A stretch of 52,022 bases of DNA, filler included, from Sphacelaria rigidula (Eukaryota), in NCBI GenBank assembly GCA_964200075.2. It is 3 parts of 3 records of this genome, joined end to end, with 100 filler letters (N's around TTAATTAATTAA, not from the genome) between each part and the next. Parts side by side here need not be neighbours in the genome. Positions count along the whole stretch, not along the records: positions 34,750 to 52,022 come from CAXNAA020001125.1; 2 more parts are not named here. The stretch is one strand, 5' to 3'. Shown in pieces: positions 36,124 through 49,741 of this stretch (position 1 is the stretch's first letter; every line of letters begins with the position of its first letter). The notes below the pieces were generated by a model. The model ran no database searches and had not been told where the DNA came from. It saw nothing but the letters and a program-made list of their open reading frames with translations. Position numbers and translations under genes: made by a program.

Positions 36124-39100
36124 TAAATTGGGCACAAATGATTCATTTCGAACAGCACAGGCTGTTCAAATTCCGCATGTTCATAGCACGAGTTCCTTCA
36201 AAAACAATCCAGACAGAGGACTTCGAATATCGACACAGACCTTCGAGGGAGACACCAGTGTTGAAAACCCTCTAGAGGATTGCGAATACCCAAGATCGTC
36301 TAGTGGGGATTTCAAAGCGGACGGAATTGAGGGTGACGTTTGCAAAATCCCCTGGAGGATCTTCGACGGTTGCCGAATGGCTGCGTGTGTACTGTAATAA
36401 TGGAGTGTCCTGCACTGTATTTACCCTAGGGTACGACGGTACCACACGGTACGTACTCGAAGGATTATTCACCGCCTGCCTGCTCTTCGGCTTCGTGCAC
36501 GAGTAGGCGATACTACAGTCGTCCAGAAGATGGCTTTCTGGGTACAGAAGAACTATTTCACAAATCTATGATACCATAAGGCGGTCCCCCCGATTCTGAG
36601 TTCGCGAATTTGATTCCCCCCGATTTGAAAAAGTCGGGGTCTCAAGATAATCGAGATTCGTTGCCATAAAAGATCATCTTGTCAGATTTGAGCAGGGGGT
36701 GCATGGTGATGCAGGGGACGAGGAAGTAGCTCTCTCCGGAGAAGGATACAACGGTGAATTTGGGGGTGATGTTCGCCATTGTATCCTAAAGCGTATGGCC
36801 ATACAGGCTGGTTCACGCATAAGACCCAAAATTGTGTCATCAGCAAATGCCTTCGCAATACGCACTCAGTAGTCGCATACATGGTATCATACTGACCGCA
36901 ATGAAGAGACGAAGATTATGACATAGCCGGATTTTTGTTCAATGCAATGACGTGGCGCTATGAACGAAAATTTGTCTCGACCAATCAGCGCCCTTCAAAT
37001 TGTTCCAAAATCAAAAGCACGAACTCCGAGCCCACTTTTCTCCGAATCTCCACATGCTTCAAATCGTAGTAACCGCCATCAGCTCGGGAATCAAACGGAA
37101 GAAACAGGTCTGGAAACGGTTCCAACGGGGTTTAATTATTCCCCAAACCGTGATGTTTCAGCGATACGGAGTTGTGGCGCCGTCAAATTTCCACCAATAG
37201 TTTCCGGAGAGTCAGTCCAGGGTGGAAGCTTTGAAACTTCAGAGTGGACGCAAAAAGGTTCATGGCGGAAGCTGATGTGACGTGGCTTGACGTGGATCTT
37301 TCTTGTTGCAGTGACTGGCCGCAGGTTGCCCCGCCAAATGTGCGATCGACCAGCGTTCAGTGTCCAGTTCGGAAATGTATAGGCCGGCACAGCACTGACT
37401 GTACACTACGCTTCACTGCATCTGCAGTACTGCAATCCACTACGGCGTACTACATGGCACTGTGGCACGGCAAGATTCTTCGCAGAAACGCGAAAAACTT
37501 CACGCCGTTGAGGTCCTAGGTGAAAACCCAGTGTCGGGGAATTTTGGCGATCCGACCGGATCACCCAAATTCCCCAAAATTGTTTCTTCATATAGGATGC
37601 CATCATTTCGGTTATCGAAATCCAAATTTGTAGGGCGTGCAGCAGTTGTCAAAAGCTACAAGTGGGTGAAAGAGTGGAACCATTTTTCAAAGATTTGGTG
37701 TGGATACGAAGATTTGAACCCTCCGAGTCTCATCCTAAATGAAAAGCTCCATCCTCAATTTCGACAATCGGCTGTTCAATGTGCTATGGATTATTACGCA
37801 ACTTTGGATGAACGAGGCTTTGAAAAAACATTCTACCGTTTTACGGGGGTCCGGCTGGATCGAAGTACCCCGAAAAAACTGGGACCTCCGGAAAACGGTG
37901 AAGAAAGTCAAGAAGAACAAAAAAGTCGTTCTTCGAAAGTTGCGTAATGACCCGTAGCATATACGTTGCGTGATGACCCATAGCATATTTGTGCAAAATG
38001 TTTGGGTCTAACTCCTCGAAACGACGAAAAGTTTTCGCGATGAGAGTTTTTTGGGTCTTGTGAGTCAACCAGCCGGCACTTTTGGATATTGTCTACTAAT
38101 ATATATTTTTTATACACTTGACATGTAAAACGTTGAAGAAAAAGCACCTTACCCAGGGGTCTAATGTACGCATTCCGTCGTCCCCCCCGAACAGGATCAC
38201 ACGAGTGGTATATCTACCGTTTTGACCTGTTACACACGAACGGCGATGCATCTGAACACACGAGTGCATCGATAGAACGTGTGAACAACGAAGTGTTTAC
38301 TCACGACCCCCATTTCGCCTCACAAGCGGATGAAACCGCTTTTTGATCCCCTTCCCAACCATGACTGGAGGTGGCACCTTCCGTTGTGACTAGTAACATA
38401 CAATCTGGGTCAGCCCGTAAAAAGTACGAATGCACATCACACAACAACTTCTCCAGTTTCCCGAATCAGCCCGATTTGAGCATATCGCTGTGAACTGCAC
38501 CCCACGACAGACGCTGGGTTTAGTCGACGGGATCACCTTAGTTTAGGCTATTGCTTTGCTAGTTTGTTTTTTTTCCTTCTTTCGCTTCACTCCTTTCACA
38601 GGGTGTTACATGGTCATCGACGGGCAACAGTGACTTTTACGTATTTTCTCCGAAGTGTCGATGCTGTTACAGTCCTTCATAGGTACAGTAGTGGGCGGTC
38701 TAAATATTCGTGTTGTGGCATTTTGTGATTTTTTCGTAATTGGCGATTTTCTTGGACTCTTTTTGCTCATTTCGCACGGATATCTCAGACGAGGGATGGG
38801 TGGAGATTGACTGTTACTGTTTGGTTCTGTAGGATCACGGTTTTCTGCCTTGTTTCGATTCTATATTTTTTTTCGGGTTTTGTCGTTGTTTGAAGTTTAA
38901 ATGAGTTCATGTTGCGAAGATTTCTCGGTTATCGTTCCCGTTGTGCAGGATCAGTGTCTTCTGTCTCGTTCTGATTCCTTTTCGGTCGGGTTGTATCGTC
39001 GTCGAAGATGTTTGATAGCCCAAAGAGGCAAGGAAGAAGGAGAACGAGTTATCTCTGAATCATACCTACGTCTCTAAGCGCCCCTGTATGTGGGCGGCGG

Positions 39101-39933
39101 CTGATGCAGGTAGCAACACTCCTCAGTACCCTTTGCCTTGGGAAACGCTCCATTAAGCAGTGGCGCGAAGCGCCAAAACCCGTGTACAAATTATAGCAAT
39201 TACAATTCGGCTCAAACATCTTCCCTGAAGACAAATGTCATTTCGCTCTCCAGCTCCCACAGGGCAGTAGTTCTCTTTTATTTGATTCTAAAGTACATGT
39301 TTTTCGCTGAGACCTCTCTACGAAATATTTCGGGTTCATCTTTCTGAAAAGTGAGGCTCATTTTGCTCCGCTTGAGTTTCGAGTGCATACGCTTTCCGCG
39401 CTGTGTACTGCATGACGTTCTGACGTTGCGATGCGTTCCGGTTGATGCATTTTTTCTCTGGACGTGTCGGTGGACCTTGTGACCGTCGGAGATGTCACAT
39501 CTCGACGGCACACACGCCGCATTAATTCGTGGAACCGGCATCGTTTTCACTTGAAAATTGAATCGGTATCATGCTCAGTTGAATCGGAACGGTACGAAAC
39601 GGCGGCGTAGCCTCGCTCTCCGTTAACCATTTTGGAACTCATTGACGATTTTTTTTGCGTGAATCGACATCATTTTCAGTATTTTTCAAGTCAAAATGAT
39701 GCCGATTCACAAAAACAGGAAATCGTCAGTGGGCTCTTAAAGGGTGACCTCTCGGGGGCACACCTCAAGCATGTGATCTTGCGCGTATGTCGCATCGTCT
39801 CGACTGTACTTCATTCTAACTCTATCTGGACTGCTGTTGTAGCTGGTGCTGCTACTCTACCGTTCATGCGATTTTTTCATCATGAAGCGCTGAAAAGACC
39901 AGGTTCTACTTTTTCAGATTTGAGTCGGCAGCC

Positions 39934-40440
39934 GGTCGCCCCGGTGGCTCAGTTGGTAGCCTCGAAACCTTCCACACCCTGTACAACTACAATAGTTGGT
40001 TGTTTCTAAAACAAACAACCGTTCAGAATCGTGTGCAACTGGTTGTTTCCAAACAACTACTGTTCCAAAATCGTGTGCAACTAGTTGCTCCCAGACAACC
40101 AATGTTCCGAATCGTGCGCAACTGGGTTTTCTCAAACAACTTGGTTAGCAGTTGAGTCGTGGGTTCGAATCTTGGTGCAGTCACACGATCTGGAATTTTA
40201 TCTCACACCATGCCCAACAGTGGAGAGCGAGTATGTCGTGGGCAGACAAAATTCGACTCCACAGTCGACGTGGAAAAGGGACCGCTGAAGCTCTCTCGCG
40301 ATAAAAAATAAGGCAAGTACCGCAGAAGGAAGGCGGATAACTAAAACAAATAAAAAAGGGAAAAAAACCCTGAGTTGGCCGTTCTCCTGTGTGACACGTA
40401 ACGTACACAACCATCCCTGTTTCGCACGGGTCTCACACAC
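39934..40440 (+). mobile_element. tRNA-derived SINE-like element with tandem repeats between the A and B boxes
   Basis: A-box TGGCTCAGTTGG at 39945-39956 and B-box GGTTCGAATC at 40162-40171. The head is shared with positions 1-50. The 3' end is approximate. Confidence 0.7.
39996..40140. repeat. ~41-42-bp tandem repeat (3.5 copies) with an internal hairpin
   Basis: Units of the form CTGGTTGTTTCCAAACAAC...GTTCC.AATCGTGTGCAA start at ~39996, 40039, 40081 and 40122. Confidence 0.85.
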
Positions 40441-40665
40441 AGGTCATCGTTTCTCATTGAATTCTGAACAGGTTTGTGCAAGGCCACGCACAGCTCAGCT
40501 CATGAGCAGCTACGGATCACAGCTGTGTCTTTTTGGTTTGCGGGGGCAAGGAGTTCTCCGCGTTCACCTCTGATTGTGTTGGGTTTGTCATGTGTCAAGC
40601 CTTCGCATTAGCCTTTCTCAACGGGACACCTATATTCCTTTTCCGGCTTGAAACGAGGCAAACAA

Positions 40666-41104
40666 CAGTCGATAATCGAAATTGAGGATGGAGCTTTTCT
40701 GTTAGGATGAGACCCGGAGGGTTAAAATCTTCGTTTTCCCACCAAATCTTTGAAATATGGCCCCATTCCTTCACCTACTGGTAGCTATTGATAAGTACTA
40801 CACGTCCTACAAATTTGGATTTCGATAACCGACATGTTGGCATCCTAGATGAAGAGATGATTTTGGGGAATCCAGGTGATCCGATCGGATCGCTGAATTT
40901 CCCCGACGTTGGCTTTTCACCTAGGACCCCAACATTTCGGTTATCGAAACCAAAATTTGTAGAACGTGTAGTACTTATCAATATCTACCATGAGGTGAAG
41001 GAACGGAACCACTTTTCGAAGATTCGGTGTGGATACGAAGATTTTAACCCTCTGAGTTCTCATCCTCGATGAAAAGCTTCATATTCAATCTCGATGATCG
41101 GCTG
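40666..41104. mobile_element. Palindromic MITE
   Basis: CAGTCGATAATCGAAATTGA...TCAATCTCGATGATCGGCTG, with CAA on both flanks. Confidence 0.8.
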
Positions 41105-41375
41105 CAAAAGATATTGATTTCTGGGATCGGCATTATCTTCACTCAAAATTAGTATCGGCATCATGTTCAGTTGAGAATCAGATAAGGTATGAAACAGCGG
41201 CGTGCCATATTTGTCGACTGAAGCGTGTTGTGATCTTGCATGCATTTCGCATCGTCTCGACTGTACTTTTTTCTTTGTCTCTGGACCGCTGCTGTAGCTG
41301 CTGCTGTTGCTTCTCCACCGTGCATGCGATTTTCTTTTCAATAGGCACTGAAAAGTAAGATATCTACTTGTTTGA

Positions 41376-41473
41376 CCCTTCGACCGCCACGGTAGGTCAT
41401 CTGGACCACGCAGTAATTATTCAAGCGCAAGTGATATCGATTTAACACATGACCTACCACGGCGGTCAAATGG
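41376..41473. mobile_element. Tiny MITE, possibly piggyBac-like
   Basis: TTGA|CCCTTCGACCGCCACGGTAGGTCAT...ATGACCTACCACGGCGGTCAAATGG|TTAA. Confidence 0.55.
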
Positions 41474-42771
41474 TTAAATTTGAGTCAACACCATTCCAAA
41501 ATTGAATCGGCATCATTTTCGAATCGTTCATCATCGTTCTGAATCGATTTGTGCGAGGTCATGCAAAACATTCCAACAATCTTCACCGGAGTTGTGGTAC
41601 AATCTACCCATAGTTGAATTACTTGGGTTGAGAGTGAACAACGAGAATCGGATCTTTGGTGAGGCTTGACTGTCGCGTGTGCTCCTAGCGTGCGCACAAC
41701 GTGTTTTCGTCCAAGTCCACTTCCACAACGTGGTGAGCAGCTACGGCGTTTCCTTCAACGCATGACTTGCGTCATTACGCAACGCACACAACCATCACTG
41801 GTGCTCATGTATCTTGGCTCTCGATCCACTGGCTGAGCGTGGCGCCGAAACCGTTGCATTAATATTAAGAATACATGTCACTGTGTATGTACGAGGATCT
41901 TATTGGACGCCAGGAAAATGCTAAAGGTTGGGCAGGACGCGGAATTGATGGGGAACAGAAGAGAGCGATCGGTGCAGCCCTTGTTGAATGTCGCAGACAC
42001 CGCTGTGGTACTGTCGCTAGACACCCGGCGCCAACTATCTGGCGCACTTTCATCTGTGACACGTTATTTAACAACGACAGCTATAATAAGTCTGGAGTCC
42101 ATCGGGCTGTCAAGGCCGTTGGGCCAATCGCGCCCGGTAGTTCACCCCACAGCTGCTGATCCTGTAATCAGCACCGCAGTTGACCAAGTCAGTGGAACGA
42201 GGAAGGTCCTCTGTGCCACTTCTTCTCACAATAAAGAGTGCTGTACACGATCACTGACACAATGCTGAACAGTCAGCGTCACTGCTGGCTCTTATGGTTC
42301 AGCACCGTGGTATATCTGCGACATCATCGTATCATGGACTATACTCTATGGCGCCTGTGTTGGTCGGCAAGCAACTGATTGCTCAGTACATGTACAGCAA
42401 CCGCAGATCCGCATCACGAAACAGTTGGACCGTTGCGTTGTATGTACTAATAATAATTAACCCACTTGAAAAAGTTATGGCCCGGTGTTCCCACTATATC
42501 AACCATTATTTTGTTGAACGTCGAATACGCACGCATACATATGTACAAACCAAAACGTTGGACAACTTACCTGAAAACGTTCAAACAAGTTGTTCTACAC
42601 TAGCAGATTTCGAGTATCGCTCGGGAGCATTGTTCTGAACTGGTCGATTTGTGCCAATATTCAGGGAAGTTGTTCTGGATTCACAGATATTTGGCGACGT
42701 TCGTGAGCGTTGTTCCCGACTTCTGGATATCTGCTAACGCTTGGATAATATTTATACGCTATAACAGGATA

Positions 42772-43123
42772 CACACGCGGCCATTTGGCCACCCCCATAA
42801 TTCCTCCAGATCGATCAAGTTTTCAAGCCTCCAGAGGAATTAAACGTCCCCGGAGGGGTGCGCGGCCCTCTAGAGGAGAATGTTTTTGTTTCCTCCAGAG
42901 GGATTAAACGCCTCTGGAGGCTTGTTCTGCCTCTGGAGGGCCGCGCATCCCTCTGGAGGCAATTTGCTACCCCCAAATTCCTCCGGGTGGGTGCGCGGCC
43001 CTCCAGAGGGGAAATGTTTGGTTTTCTCCAGAGGGATTGAAGGCCTTCAGAGGCAAAACAAGCCTCTGGAGGCCTTCAATCCCTCTGGAGGCATTCTGGG
43101 GGGTAGCCAAATGGCCGTGTGTG
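42772..43123. mobile_element. Tc1/mariner-type MITE with internal CCTCCAGAGG/CCTCTGGAGG repeats
   Basis: TA|CACACGCGGCCATTTGGC...GCCAAATGGCCGTGTGTG|TA. Confidence 0.85.
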
Positions 43124-43844
43124 TACTTGCATATGTTGAAAGGAGTTGTTGTCGAGTTACAAGGTATATTTGTTTGTGTGTGTTGAACACATTAGTCTGA
43201 AATGAACGGGTGGGTGTTCTAACGTTTCACGAGCACATACCGTGAACATGCATCCTATAGTAGCTTCTGTTAGTTTCTGTTGTGTCGTGCGCGTGTGGTA
43301 TATCCGATGACTGGTCTCGAAAAGAAACGAGTTGAGCTCACCAGCCAACTGATTTGAGAAATATGAGTTCACAGCTGAGCTCATGTGTGAGATGGCTGCC
43401 CGCTCTTCAGCTCATTTAGGTATGGGGTAAGGGGGGTATAGCATAGCACCTGAAGTATTGTGTGGAAATATGTTCCCAATAAACGTTTCAGCTTTAATTG
43501 GCACGGACGTGTACTTCCGATCCTGTACATGTGGCCGTAATTGCAGGGGTATCTAGGAGGCGCCCATGTCTCAGTCAGTTGTCAACCTTCATAACATTTC
43601 ATCATCATGGAGTGCCCTACCAGGCACCAACGTGCTAGAGACGCCGGGTATCATCCCGTGTGCTGGTCATTATCCACAATCCTCCCACAATCGTTCAGAA
43701 TCCCCGTGCCCCCAGTCATTATCCAGATCACTACCAAATCAACGTAACGGCGTAATTCCGTCACAGCTCTTACGGTGTTTGATTTATTCAGTGTTTCGGT
43801 CAAGCCCTGCTTACAGGCCATAGCCGGCATACTCACAGTTAATC

Positions 43845-44075
43845 ATTGCCGTTGTTGCTGTTGCTGTTGCTGTTGCTGTGTTGTTTCTTCTTCCTTTTTG
43901 TATTTCACCAGTATTGTCACTGTTATTACTTCATTTTCAATTTTGCATTTAGTTATTAATGTTATGACTTCATCATTACTGCAAGAATGCTTATCATTAC
44001 TATTGTTACTATCATCATATGTACTAATACTGCTGTTGTTACTTTTATTACCACTAGTATTACTATTATTCTTCA
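43845..44075. repeat. Low-complexity (TGC/TGT)n and (TTA/TCA)n microsatellite tract
   Basis: Directly visible triplet runs. Confidence 0.85.
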
Positions 44076-46999
44076 TCTTGTATTGGCCTTTTGACATTTT
44101 AGGATTCACAGTTGGCTTTGAGGAATAGCAAGGACACGAAGATCTGTAAATAACTCTTAAAAAGAAATAATAAGGACTCGTCAGTTGTGTGAAAACACCC
44201 GACCAACTTCAGGAACGCTTCAGCGAAATCCGCTGCCTCTCATATTCATCAAACAGAACGTTTCGGAAAAAACATCGTTTTGTCTGTAGTAGTGAAGGAG
44301 ATTGTTTGGTCAAGTGCGTGTCTCGTCGAGACGAGGAGGATCATGTTCAGAAATCATTTTAGAAGGTGACTTCAGCTCGTGGAAACCATTTTGTGTCCAA
44401 CCGAGAATACACGTTTATTCCCCACACTGGTGTTCCTTGCAGTGCACGTAGGCCCAAACAGCGCTGAACATCTGAGCAGGCCGCGAGAGGACATACACTG
44501 AAACACGCCACATCGGCACAACAGAGCCCAAATAACTACGCACACACACGTGCTACCCGAGCAGCAGTTGTTCCACGGCAATCAGTTCAGTATTGGAGGA
44601 AGGGCGGCATTATATATGCAAAGAAACGCAAGTACCTGCAGTCGTTGACTCTTCGTGGGAATTTATGTGTGGAGTGTCTGACGCAAATAATCGGATCTCC
44701 TCCAAATCATTCCAAATACCACGGGTTTTGTAACGTCTCAAAGTGCTTTTCTGAAATCAAGGTCTATCCTGATTCTTTTCGGGAGTTTTTATCGCACGAA
44801 CGGATGACGAGATATGAAAATGAAATTGTATTTTTCGACGATGATTATTTTTGTCTTGACAAGACACGGCATAACAGGAGGAAACGCCGGTAGTCTCCTC
44901 GCAAAAGTTGTCAGCGTAACATGAAATGACGTAGCTTTTCCGCACGTCCTGATGAGCTTGCACCTGTTGCGAAAATCTAGACGATGCAGTCTATATTCAT
45001 CGTGTGTGAATGAAGTCGTTGCAACAAAAGATAGCGGTACAATCTGTTACGGTTCAACGAAAGTTCGAGCCATGTAATGCTGTTTTATTCGTATCTTTTT
45101 CACGAAGAGTACCTCTTTTGTGTTCATTTACAGTCTACCTGTTTGAATGACGTTTCAAGTAGGATATTGCTGGAGTGGATGTGTTGCCATTATTTGTCAA
45201 TGAAAGATACTCTAGCAGAGTATTTAGGCCACGTTAGCTGTGAGACATCTTGTGTGTAAGTTTGCACGTGATCCGAGCTAAAGAAGTGACAAAGCTACCG
45301 CGTCAGCAGTAACGAGGTTAAAGTGGATGATACGATTTGAACCTACGTACGTGTAGAAGTCGTTACTTCTTTTTCCAGGAATGAGCATGTTTGTAATCGG
45401 TGGTTCCCATCGCCCTTGCTATCACTCTCCCGAGCTTACCCAAATCTTCTTCGCCCTCTGCTTGCAAAAGAGGCTGGTTGACTTTGTTCGGCCAAAGTGA
45501 AGAGCCCCAAAAACCAGTTGTCTTTTGACTTTCTGTCTACTGCAGAAGCAAGCGGTTTAACCACCACTGTGCAACCTCTGCTTTACAACTGTCTTCGTGA
45601 CAGTAGTCGGTCTGTGTCGAGAAACAGTACCAAACACCACAAGCCGAATATTTCCAATAGCACCAAGCACTTTATTTGTTTGCTTCTCTTAGAACAAACA
45701 CCCTTGAGGAGGTCTGCATGGCACTACAGTATACTGTCCGGACATCTCACGATGCGCACCATATATATGGTCCCAGCACGTGCAAATCTACACTGCAGAA
45801 GCCCCCTACAAGTCCAGTGGGGATTCCATGGTCTGACACTTCGTAGCCCGAGCCATTGCCCTATTGCTCATACTTTGACGTTATTGTCAGTATTTCGAAG
45901 GATCGTTTGAATCTGGCTGCAGACAACGCCCAACCGGTATAGCTTGCCTCGTATGGTGACCCGTATCTCTTCGCTGCTGCTCTAGAAACAGCCTGCCTTT
46001 TAGGCGAGACTTTCACTTTCAGCACTAGACGGCATGAGCTACAAATAAACGGCAGGAAATTCGTGTAGAGGGGAAACGTCATTGGTCGTGGTAGGATCAT
46101 ACCTTGTACCTGTGCAAAGTTGCACACGTCGGGCAGCTCATAAGCTACCTCAGAATTACTCATTTTTAGTGTACTGATCCGGATCATGAGCCAGCTCACT
46201 TGGGCCCTTTTTCGTATTTTTCTCCTACAGTGCTGGACGCCGAGCACGCGGAGTAGCGCAAAGGTAGCGCTCTGGCTTCTCGGACACAGCTGTTGTGTAT
46301 GTGTGTCGTCGGGCAAGGGATCTGAGAATCTTCTTCGATTAGCTATTTTAGGTAGCTCATGAGCTGTTCGACGTGTGCACAGTTGTGCTGGCCTCGGCCA
46401 AGTACAGGAGAACGCTAAGGTTTTTAGCTAACGTTCGTAGGTGTTTGCATCTCATAGCGTGTACATCTCGTGGAGCGATTTCAAGAGCAACGTGCGTGAC
46501 TTAAATACTACTTGATTTCAGTATGGTGACTTCTCCTAACGTTTCGAAGTCGTAAGGATGAAACTCCCTCCAGGAGGGTGAGAGGAAGTGCAGGGGTGGT
46601 TGAAATTTCAACTTGCGGGTAACGAAGTAATTTTTAAAAGAGGACGTAATGTCTTTGTTTTCAATGAGGTTCAGTCCCACTTTTATACCACCTGCAACGT
46701 CGCCTGTGGCGATAGCGATATTTCCAAACAAATGTTTGTAGACATCAGACCATGGTTTTTTATCAGATCGAGGAGCATTTTCTTGTTTCTGCACATGGCC
46801 CGGATGACGAACCATTCGGTTAACGCACTCCGAACGAAGTTGGAAGCCCGTGCTTATGAGAACCGTATATCATGTCTGGTTCTCCGACACGGCAACATCT
46901 GGCAAAACACAGCGGTCTCTTGAAGACGGTCCAAATGACGAACTTGATCTCGCCCTTTCTACGTGCTCACCATGAATTTCGACGGATATCTACAACTTA

Positions 47000-47538
47000 C
47001 AGTTGCGGGCGGTCCGAATATTCATTTTTGGGCATTTTGTTTTTGTAATTGGCGATTTTCTGGGGCTCTTTTCGCTCGCCACCGCTTATCACATTGGGGA
47101 TCTCAAGATATTTGTATCCACTCCACATTTCAAGAAAACAAAAGTTATGTGTACTCTATATCGGGTGACTTACGGGCTGACCGGTCATCGGGGGTCCGGC
47201 CACGTTTCGATTCTTACTCTTCGGTATTTTCGGTCGATCGAGCCTGTCCCGATCATATTTGTGAAGAAATTGAAAGTTTTATTTTTCAAAATTCCACCTC
47301 CTCATTGCACTAGAGCTGAAAACCTGTGCTTCATGGTCAATAACACCCTCCTGATAAACGGGGTATTTACTCGTATCGGTCGATAACCCCAACCAACACG
47401 AACCTAGGCACTTTGTTTCGAGTATGATCTGTTCATCGTACCAAAATCTGCCGACGCTAGCAATTTCGCGTTCTATCAAAGAGTAGTACGCGAGGAAACC
47501 CCCAGAACACCCGTGAATAGTTAGACCGCCCACCACCG
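47000..47538. mobile_element. Mariner-like MITE (left end also present at ~38686)
   Basis: TA|CAGTTGCGGGCGGTCCGAATATTC ... GAATAGTTAGACCGCCCACCACCG|TG. Confidence 0.6.
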
Positions 47539-47831
47539 TGGCCGAGTGAACTGCTATCAAATTGAAAAAGTAGGCAAGGCATATTGTGGCTACGACAAAA
47601 GGCTCCGATATTTCTTCAGGGTTTGTCGAGTGAGTAGTCAACCATCCACTTCAATACTGCAAAAGATAATAACAGGCATGGCCTCTCGTCTGCAAAAACA
47701 GATGCGATCTGATGTTTACGAAAATACTGATTATGTATAGCCACGTAGCAAAACCGACAACAGTAAAAAAACAAATTAACGCCCTGTCCCCCGATCGCCC
47801 CGTTGCTCGATTGCTCGGTGACCGTCACTAG

Positions 47832-48125
47832 GGCATCGGCCCTGTATTCTTCTCGGTGGTTTTCGCCGCATCCATCAACAATGGCAATCCGTTCCCGTTC
47901 GACTTCCACCTCGTGTATCTCCTCATGGCCGTACTTATGGTCCTCGTGATAGTGATCGGGTGGCACTCCATCAAAACTGCGCACGACGGAGAATCGTTTT
48001 TGGTATTACAAGGTGGGAGCAACACAGATGAAGCTGAAACAGCCGCTGAGAGTGAGGGTGGAGCTTCTCCCGAGAGTGCTGACGCCTTTCCTGTCTCTGT
48101 GGCCGATAGTGCTGCATATGTCTGA
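47832..48125 (+). CDS. Terminal exon of an MFS transporter (ZIFL/DHA1-like C-terminus); upstream exons not found
   Basis: cactag|GIGPVFFSVVFAASINNGNPFPFDFHLVYLLMAVLMVLVIVIGW...stop. This gives two TM helices with a PFPFD-H-V loop, a pattern I recognise from ZIFL-type MFS proteins. Confidence 0.65.
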   Translation, partial: GIGPVFFSVVFAASINNGNPFPFDFHLVYLLMAVLMVLVIVIGWHSIKTAHDGESFLVLQGGSNTDEAETAAESEGGASPESADAFPVSVADSAAYV

Positions 48126-49741
48126 CCTGGAAAAATGTATGGAAAGAGCGCAGAGCTTCTAGGTGTGAACGGTGTGAACTATCAACGCGAGACGATGATC
48201 CGGTTTCTTGTTCATTACGCAAGGATTGACAATAGTCGGGGTGTTGGGCACTTAGATTTAACCTGCACCGGTACGGAACAGTTGTTTGTGTTATGTTTTT
48301 CTGTTGTTCTTCTGTGGGTGGTGACTCCCCAGGGCTAAACGGTGGCTCTTTTGTGTGGAACTCTTGTACCCTTGTGGATTCTTGCCTAAGGTCCCGGAAA
48401 CTCGGCTGTACAAATAAAGGTTTGGCCCTCTCGAGCAAGATGGGCGTTTCGGCCCTCTCGACCTGTCCACGGTTAACCTGTTCCTATACTGGCTTCGTCG
48501 CCGGTTCACATGTCATGTACTATACGTCATCACCCCACGCATACAACATAGCGACCTCCATACAGGGTGGAGTAGAGACGGAGTGCAAGCATTTTGGGAA
48601 GGTACTCTAGTTATTACGAGATGCACTCCCTACTGCAGAGTGTGAATACTCTAGGTGCTTTGGGGTATCAAGTACTATCCTGGGTGCTGCGAGTACCGGA
48701 CCGAGTATTTCGAGAGATGGGAATTCCAAATCCTATGAAGTAGTCAGTATTATAGAGTACGGCCACTCCAGATAGTAGGGGGTGCCGAGTAGTGTGGTAG
48801 TTAGTAATAGAAGCACCACACCGAGTAGTTGGGCAGACGGATACTCTACGTAATCTCTGTTTATATGAGGAAGGCGCATCGCTGGGGTAGACAGAGACCT
48901 ACAGGCAAGACTGTCGTTGGAGACGTCGCCTAGATGCCGAAGAAGATCCGAGGCTAGTGATGTTTCTTCTCGTGTAATGTAAGCAACGGGGTCAGACTAT
49001 AAGTCGAAGTGATGCACCATGAGGTGCACCCTTCTCCTCGGGGGATGTTGGGCCACCCTGATATTGGGCTCTTCATGGCATCATCACCCCGAGTTGTCTA
49101 GTGTCGTTGGCCTTACAGGATCCCGGTAATCGGGGCCTTTCGGACCGTTCCTACCTTGTGCCCACATGCTCTGGTTCGTCATACATGTGTGGTATCAATT
49201 TCCGATGTGTCATTGCAAATTTGCAAGATATGTCTTCCACACTTCCCCCTCCTTAATGCGCCTCAAGCCAATCAGGACTGTGTCTGGTGGGACGAGGTGA
49301 TCATCGGCTTTTTCTGATATTATATACGTGGAAGCGTCTTCGAGTGAAGGTCAGATTGAGTCACGCCACTGCTAATCGCAAAGGTGGCTTTTCTCTATAC
49401 TTTGGAGTTGATTGAACAATTGCAGTCAAATTCAGCTATCCGTGGTCATAAACAGTGCATGCATTTGCGAAACCTTGGATTTCGGTATCTTGTATCGTCC
49501 TGTCATGTTGTGTGGGCAGGCGGGTTATTGTAGCACAGCCGCGGAAACAACATCACGGGATGCCCCGGTTGTCGTCTCCTGTCGTGCAATGCTACGGCAA
49601 GGGGGCACTTTTTGCGTAAAGTCTTGTCTAGTTCAGGATCTCTTAACGATTTTAGATGCACAAGAATATGGATCAAGGCATTACCGTTTGAAAAGTTATC
49701 CGGGATATTCCCAGCACATTGAAATCGTAATCCTGGCGTAG

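Noticed and set aside
39996-40140. CRISPR-like hairpin repeat array
   Set aside because: The units are tandem with no unique spacers, there are no cas genes, and the context is a eukaryotic SINE.
39934-40180. Functional tRNA gene
   Set aside because: No convincing acceptor stem or cloverleaf; the head is shared with a dispersed repeat.
43775-44128. Poly-Cys/Leu hydrophobic ORF and Asn/Gln-rich antisense ORF
   Set aside because: These are microsatellite translations.
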